The notes under the pieces: model-generated
Seen by the model: only the letters and a program-made list of their open reading frames with translations
Database searches by the model: none
What the model was told of the DNA's origin: nothing
NCBI GenBank assembly: GCA_964354545.1
Contig: CAYHAE010000003.1
Location: 25,019-89,018 of the forward strand
Length of the DNA stretch: 64,000 nucleotides
DNA from: an uncultured Planctomycetia bacterium
GTDB taxonomy: Bacteria > Omnitrophota > Gorgyraeia > 2-01-FULL-45-10 > JAHFGN01
Direction: 5' to 3'
Program-made: the position numbers and the translations under genes
In this document: positions 1-15,000 of the stretch, piece by piece
Layout: every line of letters begins with the position of its first letter
How positions within the stretch are numbered: position 1 is the stretch's first letter

Positions 1-3000
1 AGTCCATCGCCGACCTCTTATTCCTCAACAGGATCCCTCCCGAAGAGCAGCGGTGGGCAGACGTGAACAGGGACGGCGTGATAGATTACTGGGACTATAA
101 CGTCCTCGAGAGGGCGTACGCGATACTCGCGGGCACCACAGGGGATATCAACAGCGACCTTACGGTAGATGCGCAGGATGCTGACATCATCAACGACCTC
201 GCTATCATGCTCAGAGAGGGCGATATCAACGGGGATGGCGTACGCGACGTGGAAGACGAGGTGATCATCTCGCGGGCGATGGGATCCATCCGCACGAAGG
301 TCCTCGCGAAAGACTATTCAACGAGGGGCGCCGCGTTCACCCAGGACGAGGATACTATGTACACAAAGTATACCGAGGGCGTCTCCGGCTATTCTCTCAC
401 CTATGCGTTCGACGTGCCTACCGCAGGATATTACGACATCGGCCTCACGGGAAGGGCCCAGGAGTTCATGACGATACCTGAGGGCGGGAACTACGAGGTC
501 GAGGTGAAGGTGGATGGGACGAGCAAGGGCACTATTACATTGCTCGGGAGCGCGTTCAAGTATAACGAGGGGCTCTTGAAGAAGGTCTATCTCACGAAGG
601 GACAGAAGCAGATAGAGTTTATCTGGAAGAACACCGGGTACGTGACCTACGACCTCGACAAGGACGGCATAAGGTATGAAAACCAAGACCATACGCACCT
701 CGATATCGAAGAGAAGATACCGACGACGTTCCAGGTGAAGGATGTCTTCGTCAAGACGTACACCTTCAATGAGGAAGCCGACCTCAATCGGGACAACAAA
801 GTGGACAGTGCTGACCTGGCTGAATTCAGGGAGGCCCAGGTCTTCTTCGCGCAGTTCCAGAGGTCGGACGTGAACGGCGACGGCATCGTCGATGCGAACG
901 ACGCGCTCGCCTTCCAGATGGCGCCTGCCACGTCGAACACCATCGCCAACGGAGTTCTCAGGGCGAACGGGTTCGAGTACTTCGTCCACTACAATAGAGA
1001 CAACCAAACCTACACGTTCACCGACAGCACATCCACGGACTATTCTACGACGCCTGAGTCCAACATCGTGAGACTCGCCGACGGGAAGCCCTACATTGTC
1101 CTCGGACCGGATCCGGACGGCGAGGTGCGGCTCGTCGAGAAGTTCGCCGCTGATGTGACGAACGACGGTGTCATCGACAGCGTGGATTGGACGGTCGTCG
1201 CGAACGGCGTGATAAATCCTGCGATACGAAAGGAAGCGATCGATTACGTATCGAAGGGCTCGGGGTGGGTCGTGGATGGGAGAGCGCTGAAGGGCTCGGG
1301 AGACCCGCTCGTCTACTCGTTCTACGTAAAGGGTACAGCCACCTATGAAGTAGGCCTCTTCGTGGCAAATGCGGCCGCCCAACTGCCGGAAGAAGGCCAC
1401 CTCTTCGCCTTCGACGTCTATGTCGACGGAGAAGTCGTGAAGTCAGGGACGATCGAGGTTGTGCCCAACATGACGTATGAGGAAGGTTTCATCACTTTAG
1501 CCCTCGGCGCGGGGACCCACGACATAAAGTTCGTCCTCACCAGCACGGGCGACCAAGTGAAGATACCGGAGGTCTTTGTGAGGACTGCCGACAGGAGAGG
1601 AGACCTCAATGGTGACCACTTCGTGGATCTTGCAGACCTCGATATCTTCAAATCCGAGAGGGCGATCTCTTCGTACGTCTATCCCGTAGACCTCGAGCTC
1701 GACGGTGGAGGGCACAAAGAGTACTACCTTGTAAGGAACTTTGACGGCACCTTTGTAATACGGGACAATGCACAAGTCTACCCTGTTGACTGGACCGGGA
1801 AGCTCGTGACGATCGATGGGAACAAGTATCTCGTGGCAGGCCCAGACGGGAACGGCATCACGAAGCTTGTGAAGTACAACTCCGCAGACCTCAACAGGGA
1901 CGGAGAGGTCGATTATCGCGATGCGAAGATCTTCAGGGACGCGTTCGTGAATCCGAAGACCCACCTCGTTAGCGGGTCGACGGTGCTCGCGAGGAACACT
2001 CCGTATGAATTCGACCTCGAGCTGCCCTACGAAGGCGAGTATTACGTCGGACTGTCCGCGAAGGGGCTCGGGTCGGGAGCAGGGAACTTCGATGTCGCGG
2101 TCTACGTCGACGGCGCGCTCTACGGGTATATCACGATACCGGTCAACAACCTCGATTACGTGGACCGGGCGCTGAAGCTCCGCCTCAATCAAGGCTCTCA
2201 CCACGTGCGGTTGATAAACATCTCCACGGGCAGCGCGGGCTCGATAGACGCGAGCGACATCTACCTGTCGTCAGTCGGCGCGGACTTGAATATCGACGGT
2301 ACTCTGAACGGGTCCGATGTCGAGCTCTTCAAGGCCCAGCTCGCCTCCACGAGCGCCACCCACCTCGTCACGCTGCAGGATGCGGCCCAGACCAAGTACT
2401 ACGTGCTCGATAACTTTGACGGCACATACACCCTCGTGGATCAGAACGGCGTGCCATACCAGAGCGATCCGGAGACGAACATGGTCCAGGTGGCAGACGG
2501 CAAGAAGTACAAGATCGTGAGGACGGCGCTCGGCGAGATACGCCTCGTCAATTACCTCCTCCAAGACGTCAACAAGGACGGGGTGGTGAACGAGGACGAC
2601 CTCGTCTACATCCGCACACACATGCAGTTCCAGTCAGTGAGGCACGACGCCTCTGACTTCGCGGCGAGGTCGAGCAGCGATTGGCAATACGCCGCGGACG
2701 CAGACGGGAAATCTCTCATCAATACGAGCGGCGCGGGATCCGTCGATTATACCTTCACTATCGAGAATGACGGGATCTACGACTTCGGCGCCCTTGCCAA
2801 GGATATCTCAGGCTTCGGCGACATCCCCGCGGATTACCACTTTACCTTCAGCGTGATAGTAGACCCGACAGGGGCAAATCTCACCGCCAAGGACATGAGG
2901 GTACCTTATAGCAACACGTCTATGGCGACGGCCACCACAAGGCTCCACCTCACTAAAGGCACGCACACGGTCAGTATACAGTGGACCAACAGGGATGAGT

Positions 3001-6000
3001 CGAGGGTAGCCGCTCACTATGCGTCCCTCAAGCTCGAGGGCGTCTACTTGAGAGACGTCCGTCTCGATCCGTTCTGCGACCTGAACGGTGACATGGTCGT
3101 CGACAGGCTTGACCTCATCCAGTGGCAGCTGAACAATCCTAAGGAAGCCGATTCCCAGAAGGTCCCGGTGGGGAGCGACGCGTACTTTGTGATGAAGCAC
3201 TTCGACGGCACGTATACCTTCTGGGATTCCAATGCGCTTCCGTCTCTCCAGTCGTATGAATCGAGCCTCGATGGCAAGGCCGTGACGCTCAAGGGACAAG
3301 ACTATATCATAAAACCGATCGACGCGAGCGGCAAGGTCTCCCTCACGAAACACATCGCCTCCGATGCGAACTGGGACGGATTCGTAGATTACGGTGACAG
3401 GGCCCTCGTAGAAGACAGCATGAAGTTCTACTCGGTGGGACTCAAAGGCACGGATGCGATCGAAGGGTACTCGGGCTTTGGCATCCCCGGTCAGTCGAAG
3501 TGGCTCATAATGCCGGATGGCGCAGTCGTAGCCCTCGAGAACACCTCTATAAGCTATAAGATCGAAACGGCGGACGAGACTATAGACTATACTCTCGGAT
3601 TCTTCCTTAAAGATATGGTCGAGCAATCCCTGCCAGGATACAGGTTCGAGGTCGATGTCTCCGTTAGCGGACAAAGTACGAAGACGATTCGCATTCCTCA
3701 TTCGACCGAACTGAAGGAAGTAAAGCTCAACGTCGGGAAGCTTGACGCAGGCACGCACACCGTCACTTTCTCGTGGAAGAACGATGCCGAATCCGGTAAA
3801 AAGGCACGCCTGGAACTCCAGGGCCTCTACCTGAGAGATTCCCGCCTCGATGCGCGGGCCGATGTCGATAGCGATGGCGATGTAGACGTCCGCGATTGGA
3901 CGCTATGGCAACAGTTGCGGCCAGATTCTGCCGATATGAGAGACGTGCTCATCACGAAGCCGGATAGAACGACCGAGACCTGGGCCGTTCGGCTCAACTT
4001 CGATGGGACCTTCACCCTCATCGCGCCTGACGGAAAGTTCTACACGACGACCAAGGATTCCAGGCTCGTGACGGTAGGCGAGGCGAAGGCGAGCGCCACC
4101 CAGCCTGCGAACATCGTGCTCATAGGCGCGAAGGCATATGAGGCAAGGGATGTGGCCGGATGGATCAAGCTTTTCGAGAGAGAAGAGATACTGAGCGAGG
4201 TGAAGGACGGTGAGCATACCATCCAGATGGCGAACAGCACCTATTTTGTATCCCGTTCCGGTCCCAACTATATTTTCACCGAAGACGCGGACATTGACCC
4301 GAAAGTCTACACGAGTGTGGGGAATACGCTCGAGGATGTGCTCGTCGGGAGCGACTACGTGACCTATACGATACAGGAAGACAGCTTGAGCCAGGGGATC
4401 CTCCTGTCGAGGGATTTCGAGGCGAGCACGTCGACAGGCCCGATGGCGATACGGTTGGATACCACAGACTATACGATCTCCACGCTCGGCGAGTGGTACG
4501 TATTCAAGTCGGCGAGCGCCGAATATTACAGCCAGCGGTATGTGAACGCGAAAGCCGCGCTCGCGACCGAGGGCACTACCTATGAGGTAATGGTGAATGC
4601 CGCGACCGGAGCGGTCGCCTTAAAGGAAGCCCTTAAAGCAGACACCGATCTCGATGGTGCGATCACGTCGGACGACGGCTCATACATCGCTACAAACGCG
4701 AGACCGTTCCAGGCAAAGAGGATAGCGGTCGAGTACGCCACGAAGGGTACGGGATGGGAAGTGGCCAGAGACGGCATGTCGATGTTCGTAAGACAGAAGG
4801 ATGCGCCGAGCGCCATGACATATAATTTTGGTCAGGCTTCGAAGGGCAGATATACACTCGAGGTCTTTGTGAAGAACGGCTCGCTCGAGGCGCTCCCGAA
4901 AGGCTATGCGTACAAGATATACGCGACCGCGAGCAACGGCGTTGACATTGGTGAGATCGAGGTGGAGGCGACCAACGACGCCTATTCCCGAGGCCTTGCT
5001 ACCTTCGACTCGGACCAGGAATTCCAGAGCATCACCCTGAGATGGGATAACCCTGAAATGGTCGTTGACGAGCTCGCCGCCTTAGAGCTCGGGTCTGTCG
5101 CGCTCAGGAGCGCCGAGGTCGACGCCCGGTGCGACACAAACGGCGACGGCATCGTCGATTCCGATGACATGGTCGAATGGCAGAAGCGCGCCCCGCAAGA
5201 GAGCGTCATGACCTCTCTCGTTATAGGGCCGACTACCTACTACATTGAGAAGGTGATGGCCGATACGCCTTCCTATACCTTCTATAATAGCCTCTCGCAG
5301 AAGGTCGCGACGAGCTACTCCGACGGCATGTTCGTCCAGCTCGGAGGGAAAGAGTATATCATAAGGGAAGACTTCGCGACCGGCGCGCTCACACTGGAAG
5401 AGCATAATCCTATCGATGCGAACCTCGATGGGTTCGTGACGGCCTATGACCAGATGTACGTCGAGATCAACAGCCTCCTGGCCTCTGGGCGCTACGAAGG
5501 CATCGACTATGCCTCGATAGCGGGAGATGCGTGGACCACCGCAGCCGACGGTTCGACGATGGTCACCGAAAAAGACGGCGGTGACGGTACGATCAACTAT
5601 ACGTTCAACACATACGCAGAAGGAACGTACGATGTGGAGGTCACCATACTTAATCCAACGGCCCTCGATCTGAATAACTACACGTACCGAGTAAAGCTCA
5701 GTAGCGAGGCCGGGCTTCTGGGCACTTACATGATCAGGTCACCTGCTGCCGGCCAGACGGCGAAAGCGCTCTTGAAGGGGGTGCCGATGGGAGCCGGAGC
5801 TAATAATTTGACACTCGAGTGGGAGAACAGCGAAGAGTCGGGAGGCCTCGCGAAACTCGGCATAGTCGCTCTCTCCGTGAGAGACTCGCGGCAGGATATC
5901 CTGTGCGACATGACAGGAGATGGGGTTGTGAACGAGAAGGACCTCATCGCATGGGAGGACAGCGCTCCGAGAGAGCTCGATATGAGAAAAGTGGTGCTCA

Positions 6001-9000
6001 GTGTCGACGGCGCGAATAAGGACCTCTTCGTGAAGACGTATCCGGACGGCTCCTACCTTGTCTACAACGACCAGGCACAGCCGACGCGGAGCGTCGGGAA
6101 TATCGTTGAACTCTTCAGCAAGAAGTACATCATCCAGGAGAACGTCGATGGGACCGTTGGGATGAAGGAGAAGCCGACCGAGGATGTGAACGCGGACGGC
6201 ATCGTCGACGGCTCTGACCTCGATGCGTTGAAAGCGTCCATGGCGCTCTCGTCCATGAGGATCACGCCTGTCTACAGCACCGAGGTGGGGGTAGAGTGGA
6301 CTGACGTGAAGGTAGCGAGATCAGGATACTATTCGCTCGGCATGCGTGTCCAGGGGACGAGCGCAACTGCGCCATTCGATAAGTTCAATATCCTCGTCAA
6401 GGTCGACGGAGATGCGGAGGGGAGCTTATTAGTAGACTACGACTACCAGAAAGAGCAGTGCGGGGAGACGTTCATATATCTCTCGGCAGGGACGACCCAT
6501 ACCATAACCGTGAAGGTCAACAACAAGGCACCCGGCATTGAGGATGATGCGAAGATAGACGTAAAGAGCGTCTACCTGCGCGATGCCTCGATCGAACCGT
6601 ACGCGGACCTCAATGGCGATTCGATCGTGGACAGGGCCGACCTCATCGCGTGGCACAATGCGGTCCCGGACGAGGCGCTCGCATGGAAACTCTCCATGGA
6701 AGTGCTTGGAGTACCCAAGACTTACTACCTCAAGGCCTATGCTGACGGAACCTGGGCAGTGTACGACACTGCGCTTGTGTCCTTGCCAGTCAACGGTTCC
6801 CTCGTCACCATAGACACCAGAGACTATATAATCCTGAAGGATGCCCAAGGCGCGCCGATGCTCAAAGAGCACCTCATCCAGGACGTGAATTTCGACGGGG
6901 CGGTGAATGCGACAGACGCGGAGCTGATAAAAGCCGGATTGGGGACAAAGCTGGGTGACGCGGGCTTCAATACTAACCTCGACCTCACTAAGGACAACGA
7001 GGTCAACGGCGATGACCTCAAGAAGTTCCAGGAACTCGTCCCCTCATCGCAGGACATCCTGAAGACCACACTCACGAGGAGCGGACTCCTCGACGTGTAT
7101 CTCTTGAAGAATCCGGACGGCACGTATACTTTGACCGATGGATATGTCCTGTTCGGGCCCACCGATTCCAAGAACAGGGTTACTATGGACGGGAAGGTCT
7201 ATGAGGTGGTGGCAGCACAGGATGGGACGACCATAATCCAAGAGGTGATGAAGGCGGATCTGAACGGCGACAACTTAGTAAATGCGAGCGACGACCTCAT
7301 CATCAATAGCGCCATCGGTTCTTTCGCAATACCGGTTAAGGCGCCGAATCAATTCCACGCGAAGGACGGTTTCGCGGTCTCGGACAAGCCGTCGGAGACA
7401 TCGCTCCACTCCACCGGAGGGGTCGCCAATTACACCCTCGACTATGAATATAATATAGAAGGCACAGGGACTTACAATATAGGGTTGTACGCGAGGGGGA
7501 GAGTCCCGCGCGACTACGGAGCCTACCTCTTCGAGGTCTATATCGATGGACGGACACTGCCCTCAGGTGAATTCGAGGTCCGCGCCGACGACCTGGAATC
7601 TCAGAGAGGAATAGTCAAGATCCGCCTCACGAACGGCGAACACACGATACGGTTCAAGTGGAAGAACCCGAACGCCTCCGTCGAGATCACCGGGGTCATA
7701 GTGGAAGACGAGAAGTATGATGTGAGGGCGGACCTCAATAACGACGGCAGGGTAAACTCCGGCGACCTCGATATCTACACACCGCTTAGAAATGCGCAGA
7801 CGGTAGGCGCGACGTACACGACGGAGAGCGGCATCCACATATCCATAGGCGGGACCCTCTATTCTGTTACGGAAGCGGGGAACGAATTCACCTTTACAGA
7901 CCTGGCGAGCGTCCCTCGCACCACGGTCCAGAAGAAGATCGCCTTCGGGCCTAAGAGCTATATGGTGACGAAAGATGCGGCGAACAACATCGTATTATAC
8001 GAAACCCAAAATACCGGCAATGCGACGAGCGACAGAACGATCTTCATAAAAGGAAACGTCTATACCGTGACCGAGCCTACGCTCGGAAATTACACGTTCA
8101 GCGGTACGCCGCCCGCGACCGTCTCAGGCAGCGAGGTCATCGTGAGCGGCACCACCTATCTCATACAGGAAGTCGAGGAGACCATAGTCCTGAAGGACAA
8201 GCTTGACCCCGGGACCCAAGTAACCGGTACAAGGAATATCACCATCGATGGATATCTCTATACCGTTGGTGAGCCTACCGCGGGGAACTACACCCTTACG
8301 AGAGTGGGGACCACCGCGCCCATACCTACCGTCGACAATGCCGCGGGAACAGTGACGCTGGGCGCGGCCACATACGACATAGTCACGGTAGACCCTGAAC
8401 GGCACATCGAACTGCTGCGAAGGACCGATGCGGCGCGGGAGAAGGCCGGCAGGTTCATGAATGTCCAGGGCGAGCTCTACAGGATAGAAAAGGCGGGCGC
8501 GGAACACGTATTCTCGAAGATCACCGGCACCTACACCACCACGAGCATAAGCCAAGAAGTAGATATCGCAGGGGTCCGCTACAGCGTGTACGTGGATTCC
8601 AAAGGCTATGTGAGCGTGCGGGAGATGCGTGATGCCGGCACCGAGAGCGCGTACTCGGACATCGTGATCGACGGCATTGCTTATCGTGTGAGCGGTACGG
8701 TGGGCAACTATTCCCTCGCGAGCCTCAAATCAGGCGTCCCTGATCCAGTGGTGAACAATCCTGCCAAGACGGTGACCGTGGGCAGCATAGTCTACTCGAT
8801 AGTGCCATCGAGCATTGACGGGAAGATCATGCTCATCCCGACCATGACAAAGTACGACGCGTCTGGTGACCGCATCATGACGATCGACGGCATAGGGCAC
8901 CTTGTCTCCAAGACCGGCGAGGACTGGAGCCTCACAAAGCAGAGCACGGGCGGGCTGCCTGCCATTGTGGACAACGTGCAGGATATCGTCACCGTGGGCA

Positions 9001-12000
9001 CCAAGCTCTATGCGATGAGCGAGGTAGAAGGAAAGCTTGTTCTCACAGAGGTGAGCGTGCACGGGAAAGAGGACGAGGAGGGGGTCGTTGATAAGATAAA
9101 CAAGTACGTCTGGATCAACGATGTCGTCTATAAGGTAGTTGCCGCGTTCAACGGAGATACGCATACCTATGACTTTGACTTCATCGCAGTGCAGGGGACG
9201 TCTCAGGTGAGCGAGATAGATAATATCAATAAGACGGTCACCATCAACGGCAAGAAATACCAGGTCACCAGGCTCGATTCGGGTATAATGATCGAACTCT
9301 CCCCTGTTGACAGGGAATCGACGGCGCTTGCGAAGAAGGTCGTGGAGATGGACGGCCTGTTGTATGAGATAGGCGGCACGACCGGTGCCTGGACCGTCAC
9401 AAAGATAAGCCAAGCCGCAGGGTCTACGGTCACGGTGAATAACCAGGATAATACGATATCCTTTGGGACACGGGTCTTCCTCGTCTCCCTCGACCCCATC
9501 AATAATGCCGCCACTCTCAGGCTCAAGCCTCAAGAGAGCACCCAGCTCTATAACCAGATCGTGGAATTGGACGGCACCACGTACAAGATCACGAGGAGAG
9601 ATCTGGGCTATGAGTTCGTAAAGGATGGGGCGTCTCCTGTGCAGGGTACCTTTACCACCGTCTATTTAGATAATACCATCTACGACATATCCCTGGACCC
9701 TGTCACGAAGGACTTACGGGTGACAAGGAAGCTCATCGTCGGGTCTCCTCTCGGCAGCGGCGTCATCCTCGAGAATATGACCTATACCGTTGACCGGAGA
9801 GAGGACGGCACGCTCCTCTTCTCCAATACCCTCACCCAGGAGTCGTACGAAAGCGAGAAGCGCGGGAAGTTCGTCCAGATAGAAGGCAGGGTCTTCGAGA
9901 TATCACGGGATATCCAGGACAGGATCTCTCTGCGGGAGATCCTGAAACCCGACGTGAACGACGACGGATTCGTGGACTCCCAGGATGCAATGGTCATCGA
10001 TGTGAATATCACGAGGCAGGCCTACATGAACAAGTCCGACATCGATGCGAACAGCGTGATAGATTTCAACGATTACGACAACTTCTTGGAGATCCTGAGG
10101 CTAAGGGACTTAGGTTATATCGGAAGCCCCGCAGACCTCCAGCGCCTGAGGAGGATCACGGATTACGCGTACAATACCTACCTCCAGAACAAGGCCCTCG
10201 AATTCGATGAGAGAAAGAATACGAAGTGGTCGGGAGGGGCAACTCCTATGGGAGAATTCGGCTCGCAGACCGGGTCTATGATGAACAACGGGTACATCGA
10301 AGAGGGCGAGGTCGAGGAGTTCAGGCGCGCCTATGCGGCGATAGGCAAGTACCTCTACGACTTCACCGATGACAAGGTGATAGACGAACAGGACGCCGAG
10401 TGGCTCAAGAAACTGTCCGAGATCATGGACGTTTATTACAGATATAACGACATGGGGTTCGACCTCGTTGCGGCGCGCGACAAGGCTGACGTGAACGACG
10501 TCGACGGCGATGGACAGGCGGAGGGCGACGGGGTGGTCGACGATGCCGACAAGGCGCTCATCCTCTACAGCTGGGCCAACTACTCCAAGTTCAACTTCAA
10601 TCCTGAGATCGATAGAGCGGGAATAGTCGATTCGGTCGATGTCGACTTTGTGCGGCGGATGTACGAGCTCATATGGCCGGGCGCCTATGAGACAAGGCCG
10701 TCGACGTTATGGCCGGAAGGTCCTGTTATGGAAGGGAGACGCCACGCCGCCCGCGCGGACGTGAAGACAGACTTCACGCAGTCCGTGGATACGGTCTGGT
10801 CAAAGACGCAGGACGCGTCTCTTACCTATGCCTTTACCACGGATACGCCGGGCGATTACTATGTCGGGCTCTCGGCGAAGAGCTATCAGAACGGCTTCCT
10901 GCCCGATAAGTTCCAGTACGTGGTTGCCGTGTACATCGACGGCGTCTACAGGACCACGGTACGCGTGAACGGGACGACCGGGAACAGGTACCTTGAGGGC
11001 TCGCGCCTCGTCACCCTTGAGAAAGGCGTGCACACGGTGCGGTTCGAGTTCAAGAACCTGTCGGACGTCATATCGGTCCACGTGGGAGAGGTCTTCCTCA
11101 ACAAGACCGGCTTCTCGCTCACCAAGTTCGATGTGAACGAGGACGGGAGGATAGGCGTTGACGATGCGGACACGCTGGAAGATATCATTCGGCTCTATAA
11201 CGTGAACGGCCTCAGCGGGGTAGACATCGACGACGTGGACCTCATACGGTCATATGCGGGGAAGAGGTTCGGAGAGCCGGAGTACCGTCCCGAGATGGAC
11301 CTGAACGGCGACGGCAAGATCTCGAACGAGGATGCCGATATCCTCGCGGCGACGATCGTCAGGCACGACAACAATAACGACGGCGTGCTCAATTCGTCCT
11401 TCATCAACGACCAGAAAAATGACGTCGATAGAGTAAGGGATGTGGGGTACTTCTACACAAATGAGCTCATGATGCAGAAGGACTCTTCCGGAAGATACCT
11501 GCTCGACTTCAACGACGACGGGAAGGTCGATATCCTCGACAGGGCGTACTACGCCGAGGCGATGAGCGCGGTCGATCTCGACGGCGACAGGAAGATCACG
11601 AGGGGCGATCTCGACGTGATGGATAAGATCATCGCGCTCGTCAATCTGGCCGTCAATCCCGACGAGGAGCGTCGCGCTGATATCACGGGAGACACGACCT
11701 ATACCGTGGGAGACGGGACCTCGCATAAAGTCCAGGGTCCGAGGCTCGGCACCATAAAGGTGAAGGGCTCAGATTTCGACATCGTGATAGACAACATCAC
11801 AGGTGAGGCGATGCTCGCGGAGCACCATGCGGAATCAGAGCCTCTCGTGGGCAAGAACGTTGTCTATCGCGGCCAGTTCTATAACGTGACAAAGGACTCC
11901 GCGGGCAGGTTCATCGTGAACGACGGGTCGAGGTCGTTCGTAAGCGAACCGGGAATAGACGAAGTCACGATCGACGGGAACAGGGTGGCGGTAACGGAAG

Positions 12001-15000
12001 ATCCGATCACGGGCGCTGTCACCATCGCCGACGTGCCCGAGAAGAGCACGCTCCTCTCTATCGCGACCGTCGAGGTTGACGGGGTGAAGTACTTTGTGAC
12101 AAAGGACAGAGAGCGGGAGAGGTACCTGTTCTCTGACGGAGTCCGCACGGCAGGGTCCAACCCGTACACGAAGAAGGTGAAGCTCAACGGCATCACCTAT
12201 ACCATTGCCGAGGTCGCGGATAAGCTCTCGTTGTCGAGAACACCGCCGCTCGCCATTGCGCCCGTAGCCAGCAAAGTGACTGTCGGCGAGTCGGAATACA
12301 GCTTCACAAGGATTGCCGCCTATGATTATAAGTTCACGAATACCGCCACCGGAAAAGCCTATACGAGCGACTCCCTGTCCCATGCGGTGGTGATAGACGG
12401 CGTCACCTTTGAGATTGTTGAGGCCGCAGGGGCACTCTCGTCCCTTAAGGAGATGTCCGCTACGAAGACCATTGCGGACGGCATCGTTTCGGTCGACGGG
12501 CTCGAATACTTCTATAAGGCAAATCCGGACGGGACCTATACCCTCGCGAGAGGGACGACCGGGATCTTGAGCGACGAACGGGGAGGCTCCATCGTCATCA
12601 ACGGATACACGTACGATATCACAAAGAGCGCGGACAGCTGCCACATCGTCCTGTCGGCGAGCGTTTCCAGGTCGAGCCACGTGGCCGATGAGGTCATCGA
12701 GCTCGTCCAGGACTACCAGGATATCAAGACCGCGGGGAGGCGCTACAGGGTCGTGAAGAATGAGGACGGAGAGACCCACACGTTTATCGATGGAACTCGG
12801 GAATATAAGTCGAAGATAGACGGTCCCGACGAGGTCATCGACTTCTCCTTTGGGAAGTTCAAAGTGACAGAGGATGGGAGCGGAGACGTGACACTGCAGG
12901 AGACGATACCGGCCGATGTCGATCCGTCGTTCGCGTACACCTCTCAGAAGGTGGCCGACCAGGTGATATGCGTGAACGGGACCGAGTATGAGGTGAAGAA
13001 TAACGGCGCCGGGTCCTATACGGTCACGAGGGGGATTTATTCGACGACCGGAACGACCGCGACCTCCATCACGGTGGACGACAAGGCGTACAGCATTGCC
13101 GAGACGACTGAGGGGATCGAGCTTACGCTCATCACGAAGCCGGTAGTCAATGACACTGCCCTCCAGGTGATACGGTCGAGCGGAGATGATTATAAGGTCA
13201 CCTATGACACCGCGTACCACTTCAATAAGGTAACCGACGGCACGCCGCTCAGCACCGCGGGGTACACTATTGTGACCCTGAACGCCCCTGCTCACCGGGT
13301 ACAGCTCTCCAAGACGTACGGCACGGCAGAGACCGTCACCGTGGACCAGGAGATCGACCAGTCCGTCGTGCTAGGGAAGAGGATCTATGACGTGGTGAAG
13401 AAGGCCGACAATTCCTACGAGCTCTTCGAGAACGGACTTATGAAGGCGAAAGGCACAGAGACGCTCGCGGTGGACGGCGTCACATACGCGATAAAGGATA
13501 ATCCGCGCGAAAAAGGAAAGATCGACCTTGTGGAAGTAGTTCAGGACACATCGGCACCCATCGCTCTACAGGCGGTGAGGCTGAACGGGAGGCTCTACAC
13601 CGTGACAAGGGATCCGGATACAGGAGACTACTTCGTATCAGACGGGAAGGCCACTTATAAGAGCCACAGGCTCAAGGAATCCACGGTCTACCAGCTCACC
13701 GCTCTCGCGGCGACCAACTTTATCCATATCGACGGCATGACGTTCGCCGTCACCGATGACGAGGTGACAAAAGGCTACAAATTAGTGCAGCTCTACGATA
13801 AGTCCACCATGCTCTCATTCAGGCAGGAGTTCAAGGTGAATGAGACCACTTATGCCTGGTGGTACGATTACAACGAGAAGCTCTACGTATTTCTGGATAA
13901 GGCGACCGGATGGACCTACTCAAGCGACAAACCTCTGGCGACGGTGAGGCTGGAGGGCGGGATACTCTACGATATCACCGTCGACCACACGACCAAAGAG
14001 CTGAGCCTCGCGGAGCGCCGGAGCGGCCAGGCAGCGGTCAACGGCATCGTGGAATTGGCCGGGAAGACCTATAAGATCGTGAAGAGGGGCCTCAAGACGT
14101 ATGATTTCATCCTCACCGTGGCGGGCATTGAGACGCAGACCGTCTACCACAGCTACCTCGCCGCAGGCGCGCACAGCGTCACTATCACGGGCGACCCGTC
14201 GAGGACCTATTCGATAACCAAAGAGACGGTGAATGACGTTGACTATGTCACGCTGCAGGAAGTGACGATGTTCACGTCGAACGACACCAAAGACAGCATT
14301 CAGCTTGGCGGAAAGACATACTCTATCACGCAGGTGGGCGACGTGTACAAGTTCCAGGATACCGTCTTTCTATTGGTCTACATGAGCGATCCGGACGGCA
14401 CCCTGAGGATAGGCAAGACCACCTATATGATCACGACGAAACCCAATAGTCTCGAGCTCGCCAAACAATGTGTGTCCATACCAAAGGAGACGCCCATCGA
14501 GGTTTCGGGCGTCTACTACATCGTCACCTATGACTATCTCACCGGAAAGTATGCGTTCAGCGATGGGTTCAACCGATATGAATCTGTCGGCGACGACAGG
14601 AAGCTGGTGACCATCGGGACGAAGGACTATGCGATCTCGAGAAACTCCGCGACCAACGTCATCACGCTCACGGAAGACACGAAAGGCAGGCCGATCCAGT
14701 TCACCTCGAGAGGCGGGAAGACCGAGGTAACGCTCGACGACGGCATCACCTATTCTCTCCACGCCCGCGCCGACGGCCGATATAGCCTCTCTACGAATCT
14801 GGCTACATACCATTCCGAGAGCCCGGACGCACTTCAGGTCGAAAAGGATACTTACACGATCACGTCCGACGCGAGCGGAGAGCTCATCTTCACGCGGCGT
14901 ATCGTGAGCGTCCCGGTAGAAGGCCAGCTCGTGAAGCTCTACAGCCAGTTCTACTCGGTGAAGCCGGACGGAAACGGCAGGGTGGATGAGAAGGATACGG

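Noticed and set aside
318-1400. Minus-strand ORF 318..1400 (360 aa), and by extension all other minus-strand track ORFs (for example 2808..3758, 11835..13295, 15108..16061, 20544..22427, 35655..36734, 37188..38312, 38706..39965, 42087..43094, 46626..47855, 61223..62173), as real genes.
   Set aside because: All lie antisense to a plus-strand frame that is stop-free for 64 kb and motif-rich. Their translations are R/L/V/H/D-rich with no motifs, which is the expected shadow of GC3-biased codons. No RBS or promoter context is possible inside a continuous gene.
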